64,000 nucleotides of DNA from positions 75,202 through 139,201 of the forward strand of contig JANRJK010000017.1 in assembly GCA_033764015.1 (NCBI GenBank), in the 5' to 3' direction. The translations under genes were made by a program, and so were the position numbers. Shown piece by piece: positions 37,661 to 46,711 of this stretch (positions are counted from its first letter, which is position 1; every line of letters starts with the position of its first letter). The notes beneath the pieces were generated by a model. It was not told where the DNA came from. It searched no databases and saw only the letters and a program-made list of their open reading frames with translations. The DNA is from Candidatus Sumerlaeia bacterium. GTDB taxonomy: Bacteria > Sumerlaeota > Sumerlaeia > SLMS01 > JANRJK01.

Positions 37661-39931
37661 TTAGTAGAGGCTCCAGGACTCCGTCGCGGAGGCGGGGGCC
37701 ATGATGCTCTTGTAGTGCTGGAGAAGCTGGCGGAACGCGAGGGGCTCGTTCGCCGGGGGAGGATTGCCGAACACGTCGGTGGTGTTGGCGCCGTGGCAGT
37801 TCGTGCAACTCCGCACCTCGCCCGCGGCCATCGTGAGCCAGTACCGTTCGCGCACCACCGGCGTTCCATCCGGGCCGACGGTCTGCCAGGTCATGGCGCG
37901 GCCCGCGGGAACGAACGCCGCCGCGGATCCGTCGTCGGCGATCTTCACCGCGCCCGACGGCGCACTCCCGCCCGGGTCGGGATTCGCGCCCTCGTCGTGG
38001 AAGCGGGCGAGGGCCCTCCGCCCGGGGCGAACGGTGCTGTGGTTGATGTTGTCGGCGTACCCTCGGACGTACTGCGCGGAGAGGAGCTGGAGGTAGCTGA
38101 TTTCCTCCGGTTCCTCGCCGGCCTCGGTGGTTTCGTGGCCGCTCCAGGAGACGCGCAGGTTGTAAGGCTGCTGCTTGTCGCCGCGGACGGTCACATCCCG
38201 CGCGGTGATGACGGCGAGGTTCTGGTCCTTCAGCCACTGCTTGAAGACTTCTACGCCCTGCGGGGATCCGAGCTCCTCCAGCATCACTTGCGCTTCGATC
38301 GCCGGCAGGTGGGGAGCCGCGGGCGTTGGCGCCGGGCGGGCGACGACCTCGACCGGAAACAGCTCCCACATCCGCCCCGAGTAGGTGACGGAACGGAGGG
38401 GCCAGAACGAGGGCACTTGGTAGGTGATCGACTTGGTGATCCCGCCGGGCACGAGCTCCTCCGCCGGTTCGACGAAGCCCTCCCCATTTTCGACGAGCTT
38501 GCGGATGGTGAACTGGTAGTTGCTCGAGAGCGGATAGGGCGCCGGCAAGCCCGGATCGGCGGCGGTGCTCGTGGCGAACGCGCCGGTGCCGTTCGTCGCC
38601 GCCCAGAGCGTGCCGTCGCTCATCGGCATCGGATCGCGGAACATCGTGGCGACCACGTCGCCCGCCCAATCGGAGGCGTCCGGCGGCGTCACCGCCACCA
38701 TGGTCGCCGAAATGCTGTCGGGATTCAGCCCTGCGGGAGAGTCGAAGCGGAGCAGCCTCCCCGCGCCGTGGGTACCGAACTCGGCGGCGTCGATCCCATA
38801 GTAGCGCCCAGGAACGACTGGACTTTCGCGAATCTGGTTGAAGGACCGGATGTAGACGTCGCCGTTCCGGGAGAAATCCGGCAGGTCGTCCCACGCGGTG
38901 GGGACGTAGCCGAAGAACTCGTGCCGCCCGAGGTGGTTCAGCACCTCTGCGTCGGTACCGTCCTGGTTGATCATCCAGGGGAAGAAGAAGTTGAAGTCCT
39001 GCTTGCGCATTCCGGGCACGAAGTCCTGGTCCCAGTACGGATGGGGAACCTTCCCCGGGTTGTGGGAGCCGGCGACGTCGGGATGGAGGCGGCCGTTTTC
39101 GGGGAAGTACTCGTCGCCGAACTGGATCGGGTGGTAGCTCGGCGAGGCTTCGCTGTCGAAGGTCACGGGGAAACGCTGCTGGGGCAGGCCGCGGACGATC
39201 TCGTCGATCGTCAAGTCCGCCTGCTGGTCGCGCTTGAGATGGTCCCAGCGGGTGAAGACCACGCGGCCGAAGCTGTCCACGAACGGCGTGAAGTCCCCGG
39301 ACGGGCAGTGGTCCAGAACGTGAAGGTTGCTTCCGTCTGCGTTCATCTTCCACAGGCCGGAGACGATGGGCGTCGACTCGTACTCGTCGAGGGGCGGGTA
39401 GTGGGAGCGGTCGCCCGTCACCACGTCGTCGGAAGCGAAGATGATCGATCCGTCCGAGGCGTAGCAGGGTTGGATGTTGTTGCAGTCGGAGGGTTGCACC
39501 AGCTTCGTGATGGTCGCGGTGGCGCCTTGGGCGAGACCGCTGACCTCGTAGAGTTGGAAGTACACATCCGGCGGATTGAAGCCGGTGCCGCCGACGGCCA
39601 TGCTGAAGACCGCCTTCTCGCCGCTCCAGTGGACGTTCGGTTCCCGCACGCAGATTTCCGCTCCCGGCGCGAGCCCGAAGCCCGCTTCCGCGGTCAGGTT
39701 CCGGAGCGTTCCGTCGGGGTAGACGATGTGCAAGTCCCCGCCGCGCGGAGCGCGCGACACCCGCGCCTGGTGGCTGTCCACGAAACTGACAAAGTGGCCG
39801 TAGGTGCCGGAAATGGTGCCTCCGGTGGATGGGGTTACAGTGACGAAGAGGACGGGGTTGGTGGGCCCAGCGGGGGCCGGGGTTTGAGCGAGGGCCGCTG
39901 CGGCGATGACGAGGGCGTGGCGCAACTTCAT
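37661..39931 (-). CDS. Secreted beta-propeller protein, hydrazine-synthase-alpha-related fold, single CxxCH
   Basis: Signal peptide; P.VHWSG.KAVFSM, GRVVFTRWDH, DGSAAAFVPA.RAMTWQ, GEVRSCTNCHG; ends ASATESWSLY. Confidence 0.72.
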   Translation of the reverse strand: MKLRHALVIAAAALAQTPAPAGPTNPVLFVTVTPSTGGTISGTYGHFVSFVDSHQARVSRAPRGGDLHIVYPDGTLRNLTAEAGFGLAPGAEICVREPNVHWSGEKAVFSMAVGGTGFNPPDVYFQLYEVSGLAQGATATITKLVQPSDCNNIQPCYASDGSIIFASDDVVTGDRSHYPPLDEYESTPIVSGLWKMNADGSNLHVLDHCPSGDFTPFVDSFGRVVFTRWDHLKRDQQADLTIDEIVRGLPQQRFPVTFDSEASPSYHPIQFGDEYFPENGRLHPDVAGSHNPGKVPHPYWDQDFVPGMRKQDFNFFFPWMINQDGTDAEVLNHLGRHEFFGYVPTAWDDLPDFSRNGDVYIRSFNQIRESPVVPGRYYGIDAAEFGTHGAGRLLRFDSPAGLNPDSISATMVAVTPPDASDWAGDVVATMFRDPMPMSDGTLWAATNGTGAFATSTAADPGLPAPYPLSSNYQFTIRKLVENGEGFVEPAEELVPGGITKSITYQVPSFWPLRSVTYSGRMWELFPVEVVARPAPTPAAPHLPAIEAQVMLEELGSPQGVEVFKQWLKDQNLAVITARDVTVRGDKQQPYNLRVSWSGHETTEAGEEPEEISYLQLLSAQYVRGYADNINHSTVRPGRRALARFHDEGANPDPGGSAPSGAVKIADDGSAAAFVPAGRAMTWQTVGPDGTPVVRERYWLTMAAGEVRSCTNCHGANTTDVFGNPPPANEPLAFRQLLQHYKSIMAPASATESWSLY

Positions 39932-39998
39932 GGTGGGGTCCTTTGCGGGGAGTAAAGGCCGGTCTGGTTCCGGCGGTCGGTTGGGTTGCAGGCGCAGC

Positions 39999-40024
39999 TA
40001 CGCGGCACCGCGTACGATGGTCAA
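39999..40024 (-). promoter_or_regulatory. TACG-N8-CGTA box 3 (39999-40014) next to -35-like TTGACC
   Basis: TACGCGGCACCGCGTA has 7-bp perfect arms; TTGACC on minus strand at 40024-40019. Confidence 0.65.
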
Positions 40025-40052
40025 CGTACATAGGCCGAAAAAAAAGTTGGGT

Positions 40053-41687
40053 TTAGGGGGGGCGGATGAACGTGATCGTCGAGTCGTCCTCGTATCGGTA
40101 AACGAGGTCGTGCTCGTGGGCGATCTTGTTGATGACCCCCCTCGCGGTGACCGTCTCGAGACAGGTTGGCACCGGCAGCGCGGCGAGCGCGGCGTCGTAC
40201 TGGAACCGGAGCCCGGTTACCTCCGAGACATGCCCAAGCGCCTGTTCAAGTGGGATTGGCGTCGTGCGGCCCCATTGGACTTCCCGCTTGAGTTGGCCGA
40301 ACATCCGTTGCCGCTCGTGGAAGTGGTGGAGCGAGAGGCGGTAGACGCCGGGATAGGGGCCGCAGCCGTCCCACCAGGCTCCGGTGACGGTTTGCGTGGC
40401 GGGATCGGCGGGGAAGTCCATCTGCAAGAGGTTGAACGCGGAATTGATGACCATTCCGGCGCTAACCCCCTCGAACTCGAAGTCGACCGGTTGCTCCGCG
40501 GCGCCGGGGGGCAGGACGAAGCGGACGCCCGTTTGGCGGGTGACCTCGGCGAGCGCCGCCCCGAGGGTGGTGCCCTTCATCTCGACCGTGATGACCTTGC
40601 GCTTGAGGTCGTTGAAGGCCGCGACGGCGGGTTCGACGGACCGGGGGGCTTCGCGGGGCGGGGGCGTCGCGATCGCAAGCATCGACGGAAGGAGGAGCGC
40701 GCCGGCGAGGAGCGCGGGCAGGGGGGTGCGGTTGTTTCCCGTCTCCATCGGCGGCACCACGAGGCGCTTCACCCGGCGGTAGAGGTCGCCGCCGGTGGCC
40801 GCGACGGCTGGGCTCGGCATCGGGGCGGCTGGGCGCAGCTTCTCCAGCGCGGCGAGCGCCTTGCCAAGTGCCAACGGGTCTCCCATCACGTCGATCGCGA
40901 GATCGTCGCAGGCATGTTCCCGTTCACGCCGGATGATGCGGGATATCCCCCAGACGGCGGGATGGTAGAAGAAGAGAACTTCGACAGTGGACTGGATGAA
41001 GTTCACCAGATAGTCATGGCGCCGGACGTGGGCGAGTTCGTGGGCGAGCACCAGCTCGAGCTGCCTCGGCGAAAGGCCCGTCATGGCGCTGGCGGGAAGC
41101 AGGATCGCCGGGCGCAGCCACCCGACAACGGCGGGGACCGGGGCGATGGCTGACTCGAGCAGCCAGACCGGGTGGTGCACGCCGAGGCTCGCGGCGATCT
41201 CCTCCACGCGGCGGCGCAGCGATTCGCCCACCGGCCTCACATACCGGAAGCGGAGACGCTGCAGTTCTAGCCACCCCAGCAAGAGCCGGCCTCCGAAGGC
41301 ACAGACGCCGGCGGACCAGAGCAGCACGAGGTGGGGGAACCAACGTTCGATGAAGCCGAGGCCGCGCTGGTACAGGCTCCCGGAGCTATCCGGGGGGGCG
41401 GCTTCCATCGACGCAGCGAGCGTCACCGTCGGGGGATAGGCGCCCGGTGACGGATCGTAAATGGTCGAGGGGACCCGGACGGCGTCGCCGCCGCTGACGA
41501 CGAAGAACGTCGCGACCGGGAGCGCAGCCGTGGCGAGCAGGGCACCGCAGGCGAGCAGGTAGCGCCGCTGCGCCTCGCGCTCGGAAACGCGCCGCAGCGC
41601 CGCCGCCAAGACGAACCACACGAGCGCGCCTTGCCACACGAAGTGGACAAGGGTCCAACCGATGGCGTGGATCAGCTCTCGTGGCAT
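40053..41687 (-). CDS. M56 family metallopeptidase (BlaR1/MecR1-like sensor) with non-PBP C-terminal domain
   Basis: GWTLVHFVWQG, P.VVGWLRPAILLP, HELAHVRR.D, FFYHPAVW, ERE.ACDD. Confidence 0.88.
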   Translation of the reverse strand: MPRELIHAIGWTLVHFVWQGALVWFVLAAALRRVSEREAQRRYLLACGALLATAALPVATFFVVSGGDAVRVPSTIYDPSPGAYPPTVTLAASMEAAPPDSSGSLYQRGLGFIERWFPHLVLLWSAGVCAFGGRLLLGWLELQRLRFRYVRPVGESLRRRVEEIAASLGVHHPVWLLESAIAPVPAVVGWLRPAILLPASAMTGLSPRQLELVLAHELAHVRRHDYLVNFIQSTVEVLFFYHPAVWGISRIIRREREHACDDLAIDVMGDPLALGKALAALEKLRPAAPMPSPAVAATGGDLYRRVKRLVVPPMETGNNRTPLPALLAGALLLPSMLAIATPPPREAPRSVEPAVAAFNDLKRKVITVEMKGTTLGAALAEVTRQTGVRFVLPPGAAEQPVDFEFEGVSAGMVINSAFNLLQMDFPADPATQTVTGAWWDGCGPYPGVYRLSLHHFHERQRMFGQLKREVQWGRTTPIPLEQALGHVSEVTGLRFQYDAALAALPVPTCLETVTARGVINKIAHEHDLVYRYEDDSTITFIRPP

Positions 41688-41720
41688 CTCGGGAGCGCCT
41701 GCTTCCGCGCCCTTCCCCCG

Positions 41721-42125
41721 TCAGGAGGGTTTGGGCTTCCCGGCGTTATCGTCCATCTCATCCAGAAGCTCATGGAGGCGTCGAAGTTCGTCGCTGCTCG
41801 CCGGCTTCACGGAGAGAGCGCGCATCGCGAGCTCTGCGGCGGAGTCCGCGAAGGTGTTCTTCATGAAGCGGGAGACCAGGCGGTCCTTGACCGACTGCTC
41901 GGATTCCGAAGGGAGGTACCGGTGCGCGCGCTCCGACTCGTCGCGCCGCACGATGCCCTTCTCGTGCATGACCTGCATCGCCTTGAGGACCGTCGTGTAA
42001 ACCATCGGGCGATTCGCGCTCAGCGCTTCGTGGACCTGACGGACCGTCGCCGGCCCGCCGACGCGCCATAGCTCCTGCAAGATCTCCAGTTCGAAGTCGG
42101 TGGGTAACGGACTTTCGGGGGGCAT
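41721..42125 (-). CDS. BlaI/MecI/CopY family transcriptional repressor
   Basis: PTDFELEILQELW, ATVRQVHE, YTTVLK.MQVM.EKG.V.R, RAHRY. Confidence 0.9.
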   Translation of the reverse strand: MPPESPLPTDFELEILQELWRVGGPATVRQVHEALSANRPMVYTTVLKAMQVMHEKGIVRRDESERAHRYLPSESEQSVKDRLVSRFMKNTFADSAAELAMRALSVKPASSDELRRLHELLDEMDDNAGKPKPS

Positions 42126-42162
42126 CGCAGGCACGCGGTCTAGGGATGGTTTTGCGTGGACG

Positions 42163-42191
42163 ACGTTGATACGGCTTCCGACGTATGTCAA
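42163..42191 (-). promoter_or_regulatory. blaI-like promoter TTGACA-17-CAACGT with TACG-N8-CGTA box 4 (42170-42185)
   Basis: Minus strand TTGACA TACGTCGGAAGCCGTA T CAACGT; same layout as FG-GAP promoter. Confidence 0.7.
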
Positions 42192-42306
42192 GGCGCGTAT
42201 CCTCGTCCCCACCAGCGTCGGCGGCAGGGCGCGATCCATCCCGCGATTGACAACGGCCCGCGGGTCCCTTGTCTTCCCGACATCCCGCCTGCTAGACCCA
42301 TGGTCC

Positions 42307-43884
42307 ATGTGTCATCCCGACGTGCGAATCCTTCAGATCGACTCGAGCAATGCGGACCTGCTCGACCGGCACGATCCGGATATCTTCGATGAGGAGTTGA
42401 GTCCGGCGCGGACGCTCGAGCTGGCCGCAGCGCAGGGGAGTCTCCTCCTGGTCGCATCCGCCAATGGGCTTGTCGTGGGCCAGTGCCTCGCGCATCTGCA
42501 CCAGCAGGCGGACAAACCCACGGAGCTCTACCTCGACAACCTCGGGGTCTCGGTTGCCTACCGGCGGAGGGGGATCGGTCGCCGGCTTGTCCGCGCGGCG
42601 ATGGCCTGGGGATCGGCCCGGGGCGCGGCACTCGTGTGGGTGGCGACGGAGCCGGACAACGTGGAGGCGCTGGCGCTCTACCGTTCGCTGGGGCTTGGGG
42701 AGCGTGTGGCCATCGTGCTCGAGGGGCCACTCGACGGGAGCTCACCGCCGAGCGCATCCGCCCCCGCGGTAACCGCGTTGACCCAGACCCCGCGCCCCGG
42801 GAGCCTCCCCGCCGAGTCTCCGCCACCACTCCCGACGCAGGACGCACGCGCCGTGACCGCCGCACCCTCCCCGCAGCAACCGCTCGCCGAGCGCCTCGCG
42901 CGCCACACCGCCGCCGTGGACGCCTATCTCGATGGCCTCCTCGACCGCGAGGAGCAGGTGGCGAACCTCCACGACGCGGTGCGCTACGCGCTGGGGCTCG
43001 ACCTGCCGCCGGGGCCGTCGCGCGGCAAGCGCATCCGACCCGCGCTCTGCCTCGCCGCCGCGGAGGCGCTCGGCGCCGACCCGGCGGACGCGCTGCCATT
43101 CGCCGCGGCGATCGAGCTGTTCCACAACTTCGCCCTGGTGCACGACGACATCGAGGACGGCGACGAAATGCGCCGCGGGCGCCCCTGCGTCTACAAGAAG
43201 TGGGGCGTCGCGCACGGCATCAACATCGGCGACTTCATCGCCTGCAAGATCGTCAGCACGCTCGTCCAGCCCGGCATCTGGGAGGCGGAGCTGCGGCTGC
43301 GGCTCTTCACCCTGATCAGCGAGGCGATGGACCACACGCACATCGGGCAGTGCCTCGATATCGGCGCGCGCGGCACCGCGGAGTTCACCGTGGACGACTA
43401 CCTCCGCATCGTGCGCGAAAAGACCGGCTACTACCTCGCGGTGGCGTTGCTCGGCGGAGCCGAGATCGGCGGCGCGGACGCGCGCACCATGGCTGCGCTC
43501 CGCCGTTACGGCCTCTCCGTGGGGCCGCTGTTCCAGATCCTCGACGACGTCATCGACCTGACCGAGGGGAAGGGGCGCGGAGAGCGCGGGTCGGACATCG
43601 GCGAGGGGAAGCGCAGCTATCTGGTGGCGGTGACGCTGCCGCGCTGTTCGCCGGAGGAGCGCGCCGAACTGCTCCGCATCCTCGACGCGCCGCGGGAAGA
43701 GACGACGAAGGCGAACGTGGACTGGGCGATCGCGTTGTTCGAGCGCCACGGCGCCATGGACGCGGCCCTCGAGTACTGCGAGGGGCTCCGCGCGGAGGCG
43801 ATGGCGGCGGCGGCGGAAACGCCCCCGGCGCTGCGCGCGCTGCTCGAGGAGACGGCGGAACTGCTCAGCTCGCGGCGCAGCTAG
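42307..43884 (+). CDS. GNAT acetyltransferase in frame with polyprenyl diphosphate synthase (synthase may start separately at GTG 42853)
   Basis: GNAT LGV..AYRRRGIG, N..A.ALY..LG; synthase GKRIRP, HDDIEDGDEMRRG, KT, FQILDDVID; no stop between them. Confidence 0.78.
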   Translation: MCHPDVRILQIDSSNADLLDRHDPDIFDEELSPARTLELAAAQGSLLLVASANGLVVGQCLAHLHQQADKPTELYLDNLGVSVAYRRRGIGRRLVRAAMAWGSARGAALVWVATEPDNVEALALYRSLGLGERVAIVLEGPLDGSSPPSASAPAVTALTQTPRPGSLPAESPPPLPTQDARAVTAAPSPQQPLAERLARHTAAVDAYLDGLLDREEQVANLHDAVRYALGLDLPPGPSRGKRIRPALCLAAAEALGADPADALPFAAAIELFHNFALVHDDIEDGDEMRRGRPCVYKKWGVAHGINIGDFIACKIVSTLVQPGIWEAELRLRLFTLISEAMDHTHIGQCLDIGARGTAEFTVDDYLRIVREKTGYYLAVALLGGAEIGGADARTMAALRRYGLSVGPLFQILDDVIDLTEGKGRGERGSDIGEGKRSYLVAVTLPRCSPEERAELLRILDAPREETTKANVDWAIALFERHGAMDAALEYCEGLRAEAMAAAAETPPALRALLEETAELLSSRRS

Positions 43885-43979
43885 CCCCTTTCCCCTTTCA
43901 CCGCCGGGGGGCGGGGCGCATCGTTCCGCTCTTCGCCGCGCGTGCGCGCGCGGCCAGCGCCGACCCCTAGGATTCCCGC

Positions 43980-45527
43980 ATGAGTTCCGCCCCCGACAAG
44001 GCACGCTCCGCCGTCACGCTCGACACCATCGTTTCGCTCTGCAAGCGCCGCGGCATCATCTTCCCCGGCTCGGAGGTGTACGGCGGCCTTGGCGGCACCT
44101 TCGACTACGGCCCCGTCGGCGTGGAGCTGAAGCGCAACGTCAAGGACGCCTGGTGGCGCTCCGTCGTGTACGAGCGCGACGACTGCGAGGGGCTCGACGC
44201 CGCCATCCTCATGCACCCGACCACCTGGAAGGCCTCCGGCCACGTGGACGGCTTCAGCGATCCGCTCGTGGACTGCTACGGGCCCTCGAAGAAGCGCTAC
44301 CGCGCCGACCACCTCGAGGAGACCGAGTGCGCCCGCTACACCGTGACCGACATCACGGACGACGCGAACCCGGTCACGCACGACACGCAGCTCTGGGCGC
44401 CCTCGAAGGCGAAGGCGAAGGACTTCTACAAGAACTACTGGGAGAAGCACCTCGGCCTCGCCGGCAAGAAGGTGAAGATCGAGGAGGTCGAGGGGTCGAT
44501 GCGCCGCGGCCTCTTCGGGCCCGACGACGGCGGCGCGCTCGGCGAGCCGCGCAACTTCAACCTGATGTTCACCACCAAGGTGGGCCCCGTCGAGGACGAG
44601 GCGGCGACCGTCTACCTGCGCCCCGAGACCGCACAGGGCATCTTCGTGAACTTCGAGAACGTGCGCGCGTCCGCCCGCCGCAAGCTCCCCTTCGGCATCG
44701 CGCAGGTCGGCAAGTCCTTCCGCAACGAGATCACGCCGCGCAACTTCATCTTCCGCACGCGCGAGTTCGAGCAGATGGAGGTCGAGTTCTTCTGCAAGCC
44801 CGGCGACCGCTGCAAGGAGGGCGAGAAGACCGACGAGCAGTGGCACGAGGACTGGATGCGCCGCCGCTTCGAGTGGTACGTGCGCTACGGCATCCGCGCG
44901 GAGAACCTCCGCCTGCGCCCACACGCCAAGGACGAGCTGGCGCACTACGCCAAGGCGTGCAGCGACATCGAGTACCTCTTCCCCATCGGCTGGCAGGAAC
45001 TCGAGGGCATCGCGAACCGCACCGACTTCGACCTGACGCAGCACATGAAGCACAGCGGCAAGGACCTGCGCTACTTCGACCAGGAACTGAACGACCACTA
45101 CATCCCCTACGTGATCGAGCCGAGCGCCGGCGCGGACCGCTCGACGCTTGCGTTCCTGGTGGACGCCTACACGGAGGAGGAGGTGCGCGAGGACAAGCGC
45201 GTGGTGCTCAAGCTGCACCGCAAGCTGGCGCCGATCAAGGCGGCGGTATTCCCGCTCCTGCGCAACCGCCCCGAGCTGGTCGCCATGGCGGAGAAGCTCA
45301 CCGCGGACCTCAAGAAGCACGTCTACGCCGTGTACGACGACACCGCCGCGATCGGAAAGCTCTACCGCCGGCAGGACGAGATCGGCACGCCGTACTGCAT
45401 CACCGTGGACGTCGACTCGCTCGACGACCAGAAGGTGACGATCCGCGACCGCGACACGATGGAGCAGGTCCGCATCCCGGCGGACCAAGTGGTGGCGCAC
45501 GTCCGCGCCGGCATCGAGGGCGCGTGA
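43980..45527 (+). CDS. glyQS: Glycine--tRNA ligase (alpha2 type)
   Basis: DYGPVG, ASGHVDGFSDP, YLRPETAQGIF, FRNEITP.NFIFRTREFEQME, VIEPSAG. Confidence 0.95.
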   Translation: MSSAPDKARSAVTLDTIVSLCKRRGIIFPGSEVYGGLGGTFDYGPVGVELKRNVKDAWWRSVVYERDDCEGLDAAILMHPTTWKASGHVDGFSDPLVDCYGPSKKRYRADHLEETECARYTVTDITDDANPVTHDTQLWAPSKAKAKDFYKNYWEKHLGLAGKKVKIEEVEGSMRRGLFGPDDGGALGEPRNFNLMFTTKVGPVEDEAATVYLRPETAQGIFVNFENVRASARRKLPFGIAQVGKSFRNEITPRNFIFRTREFEQMEVEFFCKPGDRCKEGEKTDEQWHEDWMRRRFEWYVRYGIRAENLRLRPHAKDELAHYAKACSDIEYLFPIGWQELEGIANRTDFDLTQHMKHSGKDLRYFDQELNDHYIPYVIEPSAGADRSTLAFLVDAYTEEEVREDKRVVLKLHRKLAPIKAAVFPLLRNRPELVAMAEKLTADLKKHVYAVYDDTAAIGKLYRRQDEIGTPYCITVDVDSLDDQKVTIRDRDTMEQVRIPADQVVAHVRAGIEGA

Positions 45528-46711
45528 CCGACAAGCCCCGATTTCCACGCCTGACACTCAAGCCGGACTCGCTGAAGCGGGTCCGCCGCGGCCACCGCTG
45601 GATCTTCTCGAACGAGGTGGCGGAGGTCGAATCCGGCGGCGGGAACGGTGGCGAAGTCGCCGTCATGGCCCCGGACGGCACCTTCATGGGCTGCGCGCTC
45701 TACAGCGCGCACGCCCTGATCGCCGCGCGCATCTACGCGAACCACACCATGGGATTCGACGGCGAGCTGCTGCGCACCCGCCTCGCAGAGGCGGACGCCC
45801 TGCGCGCCCGCTTCCTGCCGGGACGCCAGGCGTACCGCGTCGCCTACAGCGACAGCGACGGCCTCCCCGGCGTCGTGCTCGACCGCTACGGTCGAGTCTT
45901 CGTGCTGCAACTGCTCACGGTCGGCGCCGACGCTCGGCGCGGGATGATCGTCGACGCGGTGCGCGACCTCTTCGCGCCGGCGGCCATCGTCGAGCGCAGC
46001 GACGGCTCCGCGCGCGACCTCGAGGGACTGCCCCGCGTCTCCGGCGTGCTCCATGGCGAGCTGCCCGATTCGCTCGTGGTGGACCACCTCGGCGTGCGCA
46101 TCTACGCGGACCCGCTCAAGGGGCAGAAGACCGGACTCTACCTCGACCAGGCGTCGAACTGGCCCATCGCCCGCGAACTCGCCCGCGGCGCGCGCGTTCT
46201 CGACCTCTTCTGCCACAACGGCGGATGGACGCTCTTCGCAGGGGCCGGCGGGGCGGAGCATGTCACCTCCGTCGACGAGAGTCCCGAGGCGCTCGCCGGC
46301 CTCCGCACCGCCTGGGACGAAAACGGCTTTCCCGCGGACCGCGTGCGACCGGTGGTCCGCGATGTCTTCCAGTTCCTGCGCGGCGACCAGAACTCCTACG
46401 GGCTTGTCGTGTGCGACCCGCCCGCGTTCGCGAAGAACCGCAAGGCGGTGCCCGACGCGCTGCGCGGCTACCGCGAGGTGAACCGCAACGCCATGAAGCG
46501 CGTCGCCCCCGGCGGCTTCCTGGTGACGTGCTCGTGCTCGCACAACGTCACGCGCGACGACTTCGAGCAGTCGCTCCGGCTTTCGGCCCGCGACGTCTCG
46601 CGCTCGTTCCGCGTGCTCCCCATGGGTGGCCAGCCGCTCGACCACCCGGTGCTGCTCGGGGTGCCGGAGTCGGAGTACCTGAAGGTGTTCGTCCTTCAGG
46701 ACTGCACTTAG
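45524..46711 (+). CDS. RlmI/RlmK-like SAM-dependent rRNA methyltransferase with PUA domain
   Basis: GHRWIFSNE, DGLPG..DRY, GQKTGLYLDQ, VLDLFC..GG, DPPAF, TCSCS, EYLK. Confidence 0.85.
   Translation: MTDKPRFPRLTLKPDSLKRVRRGHRWIFSNEVAEVESGGGNGGEVAVMAPDGTFMGCALYSAHALIAARIYANHTMGFDGELLRTRLAEADALRARFLPGRQAYRVAYSDSDGLPGVVLDRYGRVFVLQLLTVGADARRGMIVDAVRDLFAPAAIVERSDGSARDLEGLPRVSGVLHGELPDSLVVDHLGVRIYADPLKGQKTGLYLDQASNWPIARELARGARVLDLFCHNGGWTLFAGAGGAEHVTSVDESPEALAGLRTAWDENGFPADRVRPVVRDVFQFLRGDQNSYGLVVCDPPAFAKNRKAVPDALRGYREVNRNAMKRVAPGGFLVTCSCSHNVTRDDFEQSLRLSARDVSRSFRVLPMGGQPLDHPVLLGVPESEYLKVFVLQDCT

Noticed and set aside
37661..39931. Anammox hydrazine synthase
   Set aside because: Only fold-level resemblance, one heme motif, no hzsB/hzsC.
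40053..42125. Beta-lactam resistance locus
   Set aside because: No beta-lactamase/PBP gene and no penicillin-binding sensor domain.
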